Assembly: GCA_034521815.1 (NCBI GenBank)
Contig: JAXHLW010000013.1
Coordinates: 1,664,001-1,728,000 of the forward strand
Length of the DNA: 64,000 bases
Direction of reading: 5' to 3'
DNA from: Trueperaceae bacterium
Lineage (GTDB): Bacteria > Deinococcota > Deinococci > Deinococcales > Trueperaceae
In this document: positions 40,806 to 50,979 of the stretch, piece after piece
Layout of the letters: each line of letters starts with the position of its first letter
Position numbering within the stretch: position 1 is the first letter of the stretch
Translations under genes and position numbers: made by a program
The notes under the pieces: generated by a model
The model's input: the letters and a program-made list of their open reading frames with translations, nothing else
Told to the model about the DNA's origin: nothing
The model's database searches: none

Positions 40806-43229
40806 TTACACGCCGTACGGCACCCACACGTTCTTCACCCGGTAGCTGCGCCTGAGCCAGGCACCGCCGTAGGCGTCCGCCTGGTCGAACCAGTCGATCC
40901 GCCGGCCCTGGTTCGTCCAGGTGGGCTTGAGGTTCCCGGCCGAGAGCCGCTCGACCTCGGCGCCACCGTCGGCCGAGCCGACGTACCACATCGCCTGCAC
41001 GTCGTCGTGGCCGGCCAGGACGCTAGCCAGCTCGTCGCGAGCGCCGGTGACGAGGTTCAGCGCCCCGCCCGGCAGATCGCTGGTGTCCAGCACCTGGTAC
41101 AGATCGGTCGCGGCCAGCGGCCAGCGCGGCGAGGGGACCGCCACCACCCGGTTGCCCAGCGCCAGCAGCGGCGCCGCCATCGACACCAACGCCAGCAGCG
41201 GCGCTTCGTCCGGGCAGGCCACGCCCACCACGCCCAGCGGCTCCTTCATCGCCAGCGTCACCGCGCGCGCGGGGACCTGATGCACGTCGCCGTCCATCTT
41301 GTCCGCCCAAGCCGCGTAGGCGAACAGGCGCTCGACCGCCAGGCGCACCTCGGCGTGCGCCTTGGCGCCGTTCGTGCCGGTCAGGGCGCGGACGCGGTCC
41401 GCGAACTCGTCCTCGCGAACCGCCAGGTTCTCGGCCAGGTAGTAGAGAACCTGGGCTCGAGCGTGCGCATTCGCACCGCTCCAGGCGGTCGCCTTCCGCG
41501 CCGCCTCGACCGCGTCGCGGACGTCCTTGCGACTCCCCAGGCCGGCCTCGCCGAGGTGCGTCCCGTCCGCGCCGACGACGGCGTAGACGTAGTTCCCGTC
41601 CGGCCGCCGCTGCTTGCCGCCGATGTAGAGCTTGGCGGTGCGATCGATGGTCGGGCCGTCATCGCGGGCGGTCGCCGAGGCACCCGCCGGGTCGGGCGCC
41701 GCGCCGACGCCCGCGGTCGGCGGCGCTGCCAGCTCACCGTCGTCGTAAGCGGGCCGACGCCGCTCCAGCGACGACGTCAGGTACGCCGTCATCCCCTCGC
41801 GCCCGCCCTCGCGGCCGAAGCCCGACTCGCGCACGCCGCCGAAGCCGGCAGCGGCGTCGAACTGGTTCGTGCCGTTGATCCACACCACCCCCACCTCGAG
41901 CTTCGGGGCGACGTGCAGGCACAGGTTCACGTCCTCGCTCCAGACGCTGGCGGCCAGGCCGTAGCGGCTGTCGTTGGCCATCTCGACCGCCTCGGCCGGG
42001 GTGCGGAAGGTGGTGCTCACCAGCACCGGCCCGAAGATCTCGACCTGGGCCAGCGTCGAGGCGGGATCCACGTTCGTGAACAGGGTCGGCGGGAAGAACA
42101 GGCCCTCCTCGGGCACGGCCCACGACGGCTGCCAGCAGACCGAGCCCTCGGCCTCCCCGATGGCGCACAGCTCGCGGATCCGCTCCAGCTGCACCGGCGC
42201 GACGATGGCGCCCATGTCGATCGCCTTGTCCAGCGGGTTCCCGACCCGCAGCGTCTCCATCCGGCGGCGCAGCCGATCCAGGAACTCGTCCGCGATGCCC
42301 TCCTGCAGCAGCAGGCGGCTGCCGGCGCAGCACACCTGGCCCTGGTTGAACCAGATCGCGTCGACGACCCCTTCGATCGCTCCGTCGATGTCGGCGTTCT
42401 CGAACACCACGAACGGCCCCTTGCCGCCCAGCTCCAGGGTCAGGCCCTTGCCGCTCCCGGCGGTCGCCTCGCGGATCCGGCGACCGACCTCGGTCGAGCC
42501 GGTGAACGCGACCTTGTCGACGTCCGGGTGCGCGACCAGCGCGGCGCCGGTGGCGCCGTCGCCCGTCACGACGTTCAGCACGCCGTCCGGAAGGCCCGCC
42601 TCGCGCGCGATCTCGGCGAACAGCAGCGCCGTGAGCGGGGTGTGCTCGGCCGGCTTCAGCACCACCGTGTTCCCCGCCGCCAGCGCCGGCGCGACCTTCC
42701 ACGACAGCATCAGCAGCGGGAAGTTCCAGGGGATCACCTGGCCCGCGACGCCCAGCGGCTCCAGGCCGGGGAAGCTCTCGTCACGCAGCTGCGCCCAGCC
42801 GGCGTGGTGGTAGAAGTGCCGAGCCACCAGCGGAACGTCGATGTCCCGGCTCTCCCGGATCGGCTTGCCGTTGTCCAGCGTCTCGAGCACCGCCAGCAGA
42901 CGGGCGTGCTTCTGGACGTGGCGCGCGACGGCGTACAGGTGACGGGCCCGCTCGTGGGGACGCAGCGCGGCCCAGGCGGGAAAGGCGGCCCGCGCCGCCG
43001 CGACGGCGCGAGCCACGTCGGCCTCGCTGCCCTGCGTCACGGTGGCCAGCGCCTCGCCGGTGGCCGGGTCGCGGGTCTCGAACGTCGCGTCGCCGGGCGC
43101 CTCCGGGCGTCCCGCGACGAAGTGGCCGAACGCGCGGCCCTTGTCGTCCAGCCAGGCGTTCGCGTCGGCGGCGCTCTCGGGGGCAGGGCCGTAGTCCATG
43201 GTGTCGAAGATCTCCCTCACGGTCGGCAT
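40806..43229 (-). CDS. Aldehyde dehydrogenase, ALDH16-type (ALDH plus extra C-terminal ALDH-like domain)
   Basis: IPWNFP, FTGSTEVG, LELGGK, GQVCCAGSR and EIFGPV, followed by a second KLYIGGKQ..EPLGVV domain; 807 aa. Confidence 0.9.
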   Translation of the reverse strand: MPTVREIFDTMDYGPAPESAADANAWLDDKGRAFGHFVAGRPEAPGDATFETRDPATGEALATVTQGSEADVARAVAAARAAFPAWAALRPHERARHLYAVARHVQKHARLLAVLETLDNGKPIRESRDIDVPLVARHFYHHAGWAQLRDESFPGLEPLGVAGQVIPWNFPLLMLSWKVAPALAAGNTVVLKPAEHTPLTALLFAEIAREAGLPDGVLNVVTGDGATGAALVAHPDVDKVAFTGSTEVGRRIREATAGSGKGLTLELGGKGPFVVFENADIDGAIEGVVDAIWFNQGQVCCAGSRLLLQEGIADEFLDRLRRRMETLRVGNPLDKAIDMGAIVAPVQLERIRELCAIGEAEGSVCWQPSWAVPEEGLFFPPTLFTNVDPASTLAQVEIFGPVLVSTTFRTPAEAVEMANDSRYGLAASVWSEDVNLCLHVAPKLEVGVVWINGTNQFDAAAGFGGVRESGFGREGGREGMTAYLTSSLERRRPAYDDGELAAPPTAGVGAAPDPAGASATARDDGPTIDRTAKLYIGGKQRRPDGNYVYAVVGADGTHLGEAGLGSRKDVRDAVEAARKATAWSGANAHARAQVLYYLAENLAVREDEFADRVRALTGTNGAKAHAEVRLAVERLFAYAAWADKMDGDVHQVPARAVTLAMKEPLGVVGVACPDEAPLLALVSMAAPLLALGNRVVAVPSPRWPLAATDLYQVLDTSDLPGGALNLVTGARDELASVLAGHDDVQAMWYVGSADGGAEVERLSAGNLKPTWTNQGRRIDWFDQADAYGGAWLRRSYRVKNVWVPYGV

Positions 43230-43265
43230 GTCGGCTCCTAAATCGCTGCGGTCAAGTCGCTTCGG

Positions 43266-43832
43266 TCAAGTCTCTGCGGTGGCGTCGCGGCCGGCGCGCC
43301 ACTCGTCGCGCAGCAGGGCGTAGACGGCGTGGTCGTACCGGTGTCCGCTCCGGAGCCCGACCTGGCGCAACACGCCTTCCTGCCGGAAGCCCAGTCGCTC
43401 GGGGACGGCCCGGCTGCGGTCGTTGGCGGGGTCGGCACGGATCTCGACGCGGTTCAGGTCCATGGTGCCGAACAGGTGGGGCAGCAGGCCGGCCACCGAG
43501 CGCGTCACCAGGCCGCGTCCTTGCGCGTCCTCGTCCAGCCAGTAGCCCATCTCGGTGACGCCTTCGGGACGGGTGACGAAGTGGAGACCCAGCGTCCCGA
43601 CCAGCCGGCCCTTCTCCACGATGCCGCACTCGAACCCGTTCCCCGCGGCGAAGCGGCGCAGCCCGTCCTCGATGAACGCCCGCGTGTCGTCCGGTCCGCG
43701 CGTGCCCTCGGTCCACGGGAACCAGCGTTCCAGGAGATCGCGGTTCGCCTCGACCAGGTCGTACAGCGCCTCGGCGTCGCGCCGCTCGTACAGGCGCAAC
43801 GCCAGGTCGTCGTCGATCGCCACGGCGAACAT
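43266..43832 (-). CDS. GNAT RimJ/RimL-family acetyltransferase
   Basis: EMGYWL..QGRGL and NDRSRAVPERLGFRQEG. Confidence 0.88.
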   Translation of the reverse strand: MFAVAIDDDLALRLYERRDAEALYDLVEANRDLLERWFPWTEGTRGPDDTRAFIEDGLRRFAAGNGFECGIVEKGRLVGTLGLHFVTRPEGVTEMGYWLDEDAQGRGLVTRSVAGLLPHLFGTMDLNRVEIRADPANDRSRAVPERLGFRQEGVLRQVGLRSGHRYDHAVYALLRDEWRAGRDATAET

Positions 43833-44815
43833 CAGGCGAGGGGCTGCCGATGGCCGGCGGCGTAACGGCCGGTGACGTGGTGCTCCAGCTGACGCTCGAT
43901 GTCGCCCAGCAGGCTCGACGCGCCGAAGCGGAACAGCTCCGGCGTCAGCCAGGCGTCCCCCAGCTCGTCCTTGATCAGCGCCAGCCAGGCCAGCGCCTCC
44001 TTGGCGGCACGGATCCCGCCGGCCGGCTTGAACCCGACCTTCGCGCCGGTGCGGTGATGGTAGTGACGCACCGCGCGAGCCATGGTGAGGCCCACCTCCA
44101 GGGTGGCGTTGACGGGCTCCTTGCCGGTGCTGGTCTTGACGAAGTCGGCGCCCGCCATCATGGCGACCATCGACGCCTTGTGCACCTCCTGCAGCGTGCC
44201 CAGCTCGCCGGTCGCCAGGATCACCTTCAGGTGCGCCTCGCCTACGGCGCCTCGGAAGGTCGCGACCTCGTCGTACAGCGCCTCGTAGCGTCCGGTCAGC
44301 ACGTGCTCGCGCGTGATGACGACGTCGATCTCGGCGGCGCCCTGCTGCACGGCCCAGGCCACCTCGGCGGTGCGCTGCGCCATGGGCATCAGGCCGCTCG
44401 GGAAGCCGGACGCCACCGACGCGACCGGGATCCCCGAGCCGGCCAGCGCGGCGACGGCGTGGGGAACCATGGTCGGGTAGACGCACACGGCGCCGGTCGT
44501 GATGCCGGCGTCCCCCATGCCGAGGGCCTCGAGCAGGTCCTGGCGCACCGGCTGGCGCGCCTTGGCGCACAGGCGCCGCACGCGACCGGCGGTGTCGTCG
44601 CCGGCCAAGGTGGTGAGGTCGATCATCGTCACGGCCTTCAGCAGCCACGCCGCTTGCCACGCCTTCTTGACGCTGCGCCTGGCCGGCAGCGTCGCTGCGC
44701 GGCGCTGGCTGGCCGAGCGGTTGACGCGTGCGTCCTCGAACCAACCGGGGTCGAACGGCACGCCGACGTTGCGCACCTCGGCGCTCTCGGCTTGCCGGGA
44801 TCGTGTCTGGGTCAT
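43832..44815 (-). CDS. deoC: Deoxyribose-phosphate aldolase (long form)
   Basis: IDLTTL, AVCVYP, EIDVVI, FVKTSTGK, GFKPAGG and FRFGASSLL. Confidence 0.93.
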   Translation of the reverse strand: MTQTRSRQAESAEVRNVGVPFDPGWFEDARVNRSASQRRAATLPARRSVKKAWQAAWLLKAVTMIDLTTLAGDDTAGRVRRLCAKARQPVRQDLLEALGMGDAGITTGAVCVYPTMVPHAVAALAGSGIPVASVASGFPSGLMPMAQRTAEVAWAVQQGAAEIDVVITREHVLTGRYEALYDEVATFRGAVGEAHLKVILATGELGTLQEVHKASMVAMMAGADFVKTSTGKEPVNATLEVGLTMARAVRHYHHRTGAKVGFKPAGGIRAAKEALAWLALIKDELGDAWLTPELFRFGASSLLGDIERQLEHHVTGRYAAGHRQPLA

Positions 44816-44882
44816 CGGGTACCGCCTCCGAACGGGGAGTTGCCGAGAGCATACCGCCGAGCGAGGCTAGACTGGACGGCGC

Positions 44883-47800
44883 ATGCCGACCCTCGTCCCA
44901 GACGACCTCACAGGCGCCTACCGGCGGGAGGGCCTCGAGCCCACGCTTCGTCACCTGGTGCGCGAGAGTCGCCAGACGTCCGCGCCCCTTTCGCTGGCGA
45001 TGGTCGACGTGGACCACTTCAAGACGCTCAACGACGGGTTCGGGCACAGCGTGGGCGACCGGGTCCTCCGCGACGTGGGCCAGCGACTTCGGTCCGCGCT
45101 TCGCGACGAGGATCTGGTGTTCCGGTACGGGGGCGACGAGTTCGTCGTCCTGCTGCCCGCGACCTCCCTGGAGGACGCGGCGGCGGTGCTGGAGCGGGTG
45201 CGCGGACGGGTCCGCGACCGCGCCATCGACGCCGGACCGGAGGTTCGCGTCCACCTCAGCGTCGGCGTCGCCTGCAGCGACGACGTCGTGAGCGAAGGCG
45301 TGCCGGCCAGCCTGTTCGACCGGGCCGACGCCCGCCTGCTCCGCGCCAAGCGGCGGGGCCGTGACAGGCTCGTCTGCGACGACGGCAACGACGCGCCAGG
45401 CGCGCTCCCGCACGTCCGTCTGCTGGGGCGCGACGCCGTCGTGGCGAGGATCGAGGCGTACCTGGACCGACCCCGCGAGGCCGCCTCCTCGGCCGGCGCG
45501 CTGCGGCTGGTGGGGCCTGCGGGCGTGGGCTTCACGCGCCTTCTGGACGAGGCGGCCACGCGAGCGGAGCTGCGTGGCCGCTCGGTGCGGCGCGTGAACG
45601 GCTCGGCGGCGCGGGAGGGCGTGCACCTCGGCGCGCTCGACGGCTCGCTGGTGCCGGATCGCCTCGCTCCTGATCGTTTCGAGCGGGACGCGACCGAGGA
45701 CCGGGTGCTCGCGGCTCTCCGCGACGAAGCGGAGGGGTCCGGACTGCTGCTGCTGGTCGAGGGAGGCGAGCGGCTCGACGCGGCCAGCAAGGCGGTGCTC
45801 GCCGAGGTCGCCGCTCGACCCGGATCGTGGGCGATCGAGGCGTGCCCGGACGGCGCGCGGGCGGCCTTGCCGGCCGGCGAGCTGGCCGAGGTCGCGCCGC
45901 TGTCGCCCCGGCAGTCGGAGGCGTGGCTGCGGGCGCTGTTGGGCGGCAGCGTCAGCGACCAGGTGCGCGAGGCCGCCGCGCGCGTCGGCGCGGGCTTGCC
46001 CGGACCGACGGCCCGCTGGCTGCGACGCGGCCGCCGCAGCGGTGCGCTGGTCGAGAGCCCCGACGGCTGGTCGTGGGACGAGGATCGAGAGCCGCTGGAT
46101 CCGTCCCCTGACCGTACGGCGTACGAGGTGCGCGTTCCGCGTTGGGAGACGCCGCTGATCGGCCGCACGACCCTGCTGGAGCGACTCCGTGTCGAGCTGG
46201 TCCAGGAGCGCCTCGTCGTGCTGACCGGCCCCGGCGGAATCGGCAAGTCCCGCCTGGCCGCGCAGCTCGCGCACGAGCTGGCGGCCAGCGCGCCGGGCGG
46301 GACCGACTGGGTGGACCTGAGGTCGGTGACGCGCGGCGCCGAGCTGGTGCCCACGATCGCCCGCTCGCTGGGGCTCGCGCCCGTCACGGGGGCGCCGGCC
46401 CTGGGCCGGCGATTGGGCCACGACCGACGGCGCATCGTGCTGGACGACGCCGACCGCATCGCCGGCGAGCCCGGCGCGGTCAGCGAGCTGCTCGCGGCCG
46501 CACCCGGCCTGACGCTGCTGGTCACCTCGCGTCGGCCCCTGCGGCTCGACGCCGAGCACGTCGTCGAGGTGGACGGCCTGACCGACCGCGATCAGGCGGC
46601 CACGCTCCTGCGTCGGCGCATGCATCGCGCCGGGGGCGCGACCGCTCCGCTGGACGACGATACGGAAGCCGCCCTGCTGGACCATCTCGGCGGCAGCCCG
46701 CTGGCGATCGAGCTGGCCGCGGCGTGGACGCGCATCCTCGCTCCCCCGGACCTGGTAGCGGCGCTGCAGCGTAGGCCCGGACTGCTGGGCGAGGCGCCCG
46801 GCCTGCGCTCGCGCGCGGCCCGGACGATCGACCTCACGAGCGAGCTGATGTCCGCGGCCGAGCGCGAGGCGGTCGGCACCCTGGCGCTCCTCGACGACGG
46901 ATTCGAGGCCGAGGAGGCGCGCCGGGCGGTGGACGCGTCCTCGTTCCTGCTGCTGGCGCTCCTCGACCGCGCCCTGCTTCGCCGCGACGGCGCGCGCTAC
47001 CGCATGCACGCCCTGATCGCCGAGCGGTTCGCGGCCGGGCTGTCCGATCCGGCACGCGCCCGTCAGAAGGTGGCCGCGGCGTACGCCGCGCTGGCCGAGC
47101 GCCTGGACGCGCTCGAGGGCGACGAGCGTTCGGGAGCGGGATTCAGGCGCGTGGACGCCGAGCTCCAGAACCTGCGCCTGGCGTGGGCCGCGTCGCTGGA
47201 GCCGCCGCGACCGGAGAGGCTGTGGCCGCTGGCGCGGCTGCTGCGCGGCTACTTCGACGTGCGCGGGCGGGCGCGCGACGGGCTCGAGACGTTCGGCGCC
47301 GCGGACGAGGCGCTCGCATCGAGCGACGACGCCGAGCTGCGCGCCTGGATCCGCGAGTCGGTCGGGTTGTTCGAGCTCCAGCACGGTCGGCTGGCCGAGG
47401 CGCGGCGAGCGGTCGAGGAGGCGCTCGCGCTGCTGGACGGCGGGCCGCCGACGGCGACCGAGGCGATGGCCCGCAACACGCTCGGGATCGTGCTCGCGAC
47501 GGAGGGCGACACGGCAGGGGCGCACGCCGCGCTGGCCGCATCGGCCTCGCTTCGTCACGCGCTCGGGGACGCCGTGGGCGAGGCGCAAGCGCACGGAAAC
47601 ATCGCGATCCTGGCGGAGCACGCCGGCGACGAGGCTCGGGCGCGGGCAGCGCTACGTGAATCGGCCCAGGCGTACCTCGCCGTCGATCACGCCAGTGGAC
47701 GCGCCCTGGCGTTGGCCCGCCTCGCGGGCGTGGAGCGTCGCTACGACGACGGTCGCCCCGCCGCCGTGCGCGCGGCGTCCGCGTTGGCCCTGGCGGACGA

Positions 47801-48344
47801 GGCGTCCGCGGTCGCCGACGCCATCGGCTTCGTGGCGGGAAGCCAAGCGGCCGAGCGCCAGGCCGCTCTCGCCCTGCTGAGCGCCGGTCGCGCCGACGAG
47901 GCCGTTCCCCGGGCCCAGGCTTCGTATCGGGCCGCGCGTCGCCTGCAGAGCGGCGGTCAGGAACGCGCCAGCCTGCTGCTGCGCGCCCGAGCGTTCACAG
48001 CGGCCGGCCAGCTGAACGACGCCCGCAGCGACCTCGAACGTCTCGACGCGGACCCGCGCGAGGACGACCGGGCCGAGCGTCTGTTGGCGCTGGCCGACCT
48101 GGCGCTGGCCGAAGGACGGCTCGCGGCAGCGGGACGCGCGCTGGGCGCCGTCGTCGCGCTCGGACCGTCCGACTCCGACGCCGAGCGCTCGATCTGGCAG
48201 TCGTCCTCGCTGGCCGCGTGGGAGGCGGCGCTCAGCGGACATGCCGACGCGGAGGAGGCCCGGCGATCGTTCGACGCCGGGCGTCTCGACGGGATCGCGC
48301 CCGCCTCGCGTGCACGGTCCGAACGACGCGGCTCGGACCCCTGA
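44883..48344 (+). CDS. Diguanylate cyclase (GGDEF) + degenerate ATPase + STAND ATPase + TPR fusion
   Basis: DDLTG, DVDHFKTLNDGFGHSVGD, RDED I-site and RYGGDEF; GPAGVGFT (degenerate Walker A); GPGGIGKS and GGSPLAIELAA; TPR-like helices. Confidence 0.87.
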   Translation: MPTLVPDDLTGAYRREGLEPTLRHLVRESRQTSAPLSLAMVDVDHFKTLNDGFGHSVGDRVLRDVGQRLRSALRDEDLVFRYGGDEFVVLLPATSLEDAAAVLERVRGRVRDRAIDAGPEVRVHLSVGVACSDDVVSEGVPASLFDRADARLLRAKRRGRDRLVCDDGNDAPGALPHVRLLGRDAVVARIEAYLDRPREAASSAGALRLVGPAGVGFTRLLDEAATRAELRGRSVRRVNGSAAREGVHLGALDGSLVPDRLAPDRFERDATEDRVLAALRDEAEGSGLLLLVEGGERLDAASKAVLAEVAARPGSWAIEACPDGARAALPAGELAEVAPLSPRQSEAWLRALLGGSVSDQVREAAARVGAGLPGPTARWLRRGRRSGALVESPDGWSWDEDREPLDPSPDRTAYEVRVPRWETPLIGRTTLLERLRVELVQERLVVLTGPGGIGKSRLAAQLAHELAASAPGGTDWVDLRSVTRGAELVPTIARSLGLAPVTGAPALGRRLGHDRRRIVLDDADRIAGEPGAVSELLAAAPGLTLLVTSRRPLRLDAEHVVEVDGLTDRDQAATLLRRRMHRAGGATAPLDDDTEAALLDHLGGSPLAIELAAAWTRILAPPDLVAALQRRPGLLGEAPGLRSRAARTIDLTSELMSAAEREAVGTLALLDDGFEAEEARRAVDASSFLLLALLDRALLRRDGARYRMHALIAERFAAGLSDPARARQKVAAAYAALAERLDALEGDERSGAGFRRVDAELQNLRLAWAASLEPPRPERLWPLARLLRGYFDVRGRARDGLETFGAADEALASSDDAELRAWIRESVGLFELQHGRLAEARRAVEEALALLDGGPPTATEAMARNTLGIVLATEGDTAGAHAALAASASLRHALGDAVGEAQAHGNIAILAEHAGDEARARAALRESAQAYLAVDHASGRALALARLAGVERRYDDGRPAAVRAASALALADEASAVADAIGFVAGSQAAERQAALALLSAGRADEAVPRAQASYRAARRLQSGGQERASLLLRARAFTAAGQLNDARSDLERLDADPREDDRAERLLALADLALAEGRLAAAGRALGAVVALGPSDSDAERSIWQSSSLAAWEAALSGHADAEEARRSFDAGRLDGIAPASRARSERRGSDP

Positions 48345-48368
48345 CCGCACCGTGCTAGCCTCCGCCCC

Positions 48369-49898
48369 ATGAGCGACGTTGGCGACATCCGCGTGCTGGC
48401 CGGCGGGCGTTTGGCGGGGAGGCCTCCCTCGACCGACGCCGTGGTGATCGAGGGTGACCGGATCCACCAGGTCGGGCGCTGGGCCGAGCTGAAGGGCGAC
48501 GTCCCCGCGGGCGCGGAGGTGGTGGACCTGGCCGGCGCGACGATCCTGCCCGGCCTGGGCGACGCTCACGTGCACATGACCGCCACCGGCTTCCTCGAGA
48601 CCGCCTTGGACGGCACCGACGCGACCGAGGTGGGCGAGATCCTGATGGCGGTCCGAGCCGCCACCCGGACCACGCCGCCCGGCGAGATGGTGCTGGGCCT
48701 GCGGATCGAGCCGGACGACCTGCGCGAGGGGCGTCCGCCGAGCCTCGCGGAGCTGGACGCCGTCGCGCCGGATCACCCGGTCTACCTGCGTCACGTCACC
48801 GGCCACGCCTCGTACGCGAACAGCGCGGCGCTGACGTTCCTGGACTTCCATCCGGGGCGCAACGGCGTCGAGCTCGACGAGACGACCGGCGCGCCGACCG
48901 GACGGCTGGTGGGCCCGGCGACGCAGGACGCCACGCACCGCGCCTACGCCGCGTACAGCCGCCAGGTGGGGTACGAGACGGCGTTGCGCGCCGCCGCGGA
49001 CCGGGCTGCGCGCGCGGGCTGCACCGTCCTCCATGCGCTGGACGATCTGGACGCGGTCCGCACGCTGCTGGCGATCGAGGACGACCTGCCGATCCGCACG
49101 GTGGCCTACCCGCAGACGTTCGATCTGGACGCCGTGCGGGCGCTGGGCCTGAAGCGCATCGGCGGCTGTCACGCCTGCGCGCTGGACGGCGACGTGGACA
49201 TGCGGACCGCCGCGCTGCTGGAGCCGTACGAGGGCCATCCGACCGAGTACGGCGAGCTCTACCACAACGACGGGACGCTGAAAGGATTCGTCCTGGCCGC
49301 GCACCACGCCGGCATGCAGCTGGCGTTCCACGCCGTCGGCGACGGTGCGGTCGAGCAGGCGCTGCGCATGTACGAGGCCGCGCAAGCCTCGGAATCGCGG
49401 CCCGACGCCCGCCATCGGATCGAGCACGCCCAGCTGGCCAGCGACGAGCAGCTGCTGCGGGCCCGCGCTGCCGGCGCGGTGCTGTCGCTGCAGCCGGCGT
49501 TCAACATGGTCTGGCCGCACGACACCTACGCGACGTCGTTCGGCCGGGCGCGGGCCGCCCGGGTGGACCCGCTGGCGTCGGCCGCGCGCGCCGGGCTGCC
49601 GCTGGCCGGCGGCAGCGACTCGACGGTGACCCAGCTGCGGCCCCTCGTCGGCGTGCACGCCGCCGTGAACCACAGCCGCTACGAAGAGCGCTTGGACGTG
49701 CCCGAGGCGCTGGCGCTGTTCTCGAGGGGCGTCGCGTACGCAGCGCACCACGACCGTCATCGCGGCCTCGTCGCGCCGGGGTTCGACGCCGACCTGACGA
49801 TCGTGGACCGCGACCCGCTGGAGGTCGCCCCGAGCGAGCTGGCCTCGCTGGTGGTGCGCATGACGGTCGTTCGTGGCCAGACCGTGTTCGAAGGCTGA
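48369..49898 (+). CDS. Amidohydrolase 3 (YtcJ-like) metal-dependent hydrolase
   Basis: PGLGDAHVH, GHASYANSAAL, FHAVGD, RHRIEH, GSD and GFDADL. TAGCCT lies 7 nt before the ATG. Confidence 0.88.
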   Translation: MSDVGDIRVLAGGRLAGRPPSTDAVVIEGDRIHQVGRWAELKGDVPAGAEVVDLAGATILPGLGDAHVHMTATGFLETALDGTDATEVGEILMAVRAATRTTPPGEMVLGLRIEPDDLREGRPPSLAELDAVAPDHPVYLRHVTGHASYANSAALTFLDFHPGRNGVELDETTGAPTGRLVGPATQDATHRAYAAYSRQVGYETALRAAADRAARAGCTVLHALDDLDAVRTLLAIEDDLPIRTVAYPQTFDLDAVRALGLKRIGGCHACALDGDVDMRTAALLEPYEGHPTEYGELYHNDGTLKGFVLAAHHAGMQLAFHAVGDGAVEQALRMYEAAQASESRPDARHRIEHAQLASDEQLLRARAAGAVLSLQPAFNMVWPHDTYATSFGRARAARVDPLASAARAGLPLAGGSDSTVTQLRPLVGVHAAVNHSRYEERLDVPEALALFSRGVAYAAHHDRHRGLVAPGFDADLTIVDRDPLEVAPSELASLVVRMTVVRGQTVFEG

Positions 49899-49977
49899 CG
49901 CTCCGCGACGTGAACGGGACCGCGCGCTACAGTGAGGCGCACGCAAGCCGTTCCAGACACGCTCCCAGGAGGCTCTC

Positions 49978-50979
49978 ATGCATCTCGCACGTTTCGCCCG
50001 GCGCCGCTACACGGAGGGACGCACCCCGCTCCAGCCGCTTTCCCGCCTCTCGGCCGCGCTGGGCGGCCCCGAAATCTGGATCAAGCGCGACGACCTGACC
50101 GGCCTGGGCGCCGGCGGCAACAAGACGCGGAAGCTCGAGTTCCTCGTCGCCGACGCGTTGGAGCAAGGCGCGGACATGCTGATCACGACCGGCGCTCCGC
50201 AGTCGAACCACTGTCGCCTGACGTTGGCGGCGGCGGCGAAGGAAGGCCTCCGTTGCCGCCTCCTGATCGAGGAGCGCGTCCCAGGCAGCTACGACGCCCA
50301 CGACGTGGGCAACGCGCTGCTGTTCGAGCTGATGGGGGTGGACCAGATCGAGGTGGTACCGGCCGGGTCCGACCTGATGGCCGGGATGCAGCGCATGGCC
50401 GAGGTGGCCGAAGCGCAGGGCCGCAAGCCGTACCTGATCCCCGGCGGGGGCTCCAATGCGCTGGGCTCGCTGGGGTACGTCGCGTGCGCGGAAGAGACGC
50501 TGCAGCAGGCGTTCGAGGCGGGCGTGGCGTTCGACCACATCGTCTGCGCCAGCGGCTCCGGTGGCACCCACGCCGGCCTGCTGGCCGGGCTGCACGGCAC
50601 GAACGCGAACGTGCCGCTGACCGGCATCAGCGTGCGCGCCGAGCGTGGGCCGCAGGAGGAGAAGATCTGGCGTCTGGCGCAGGCCGCCTGCGACCTCGCC
50701 GGCGTCCGCTCCGACGTTCCCGAGGAGGCGGTCGTCGTTCGGGACGACCAGGTCGGACCCGGCTACAGCCTGCCGACCGAAGCGATGCGCGACGCCGTTC
50801 AGCTGTTCGCGCGGACCGAGGCGATCCTGCTGGACCCGGTCTACACCGGCAAGACGGCGGCCGGCCTGATCGCGATGGTGGTGGACGGCTCGCTGAGCGA
50901 CGATCAACGCGTGCTGTTCGTGCATACCGGCGGAAGCCCGGCGCTGCACGCCTATCCGGAGCAGGTGCGCTCACAGTGA
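49978..50979 (+). CDS. D-cysteine desulfhydrase / cysteate sulfo-lyase family PLP enzyme
   Basis: IKRDD..GGNKTRKLE, QSNH, SGSGGT, LDPVYTGK and HTGG (Thr/Thr rather than the Glu/Leu of ACC deaminase). Confidence 0.88.
   Translation: MHLARFARRRYTEGRTPLQPLSRLSAALGGPEIWIKRDDLTGLGAGGNKTRKLEFLVADALEQGADMLITTGAPQSNHCRLTLAAAAKEGLRCRLLIEERVPGSYDAHDVGNALLFELMGVDQIEVVPAGSDLMAGMQRMAEVAEAQGRKPYLIPGGGSNALGSLGYVACAEETLQQAFEAGVAFDHIVCASGSGGTHAGLLAGLHGTNANVPLTGISVRAERGPQEEKIWRLAQAACDLAGVRSDVPEEAVVVRDDQVGPGYSLPTEAMRDAVQLFARTEAILLDPVYTGKTAAGLIAMVVDGSLSDDQRVLFVHTGGSPALHAYPEQVRSQ

Noticed and set aside
43833-47621. 1451-aa minus-strand ORF and similar long Arg/Pro/Gly-rich ORFs (e.g. 8983-11412, 41007-43241)
   Set aside because: Shadow frames of real genes in high-GC DNA; only the last 188 aa of the 1451-aa ORF (the GNAT) are real.
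49978-50979. ACC deaminase
   Set aside because: The diagnostic Glu and Leu are replaced by Thr (PVYT, HTGG).
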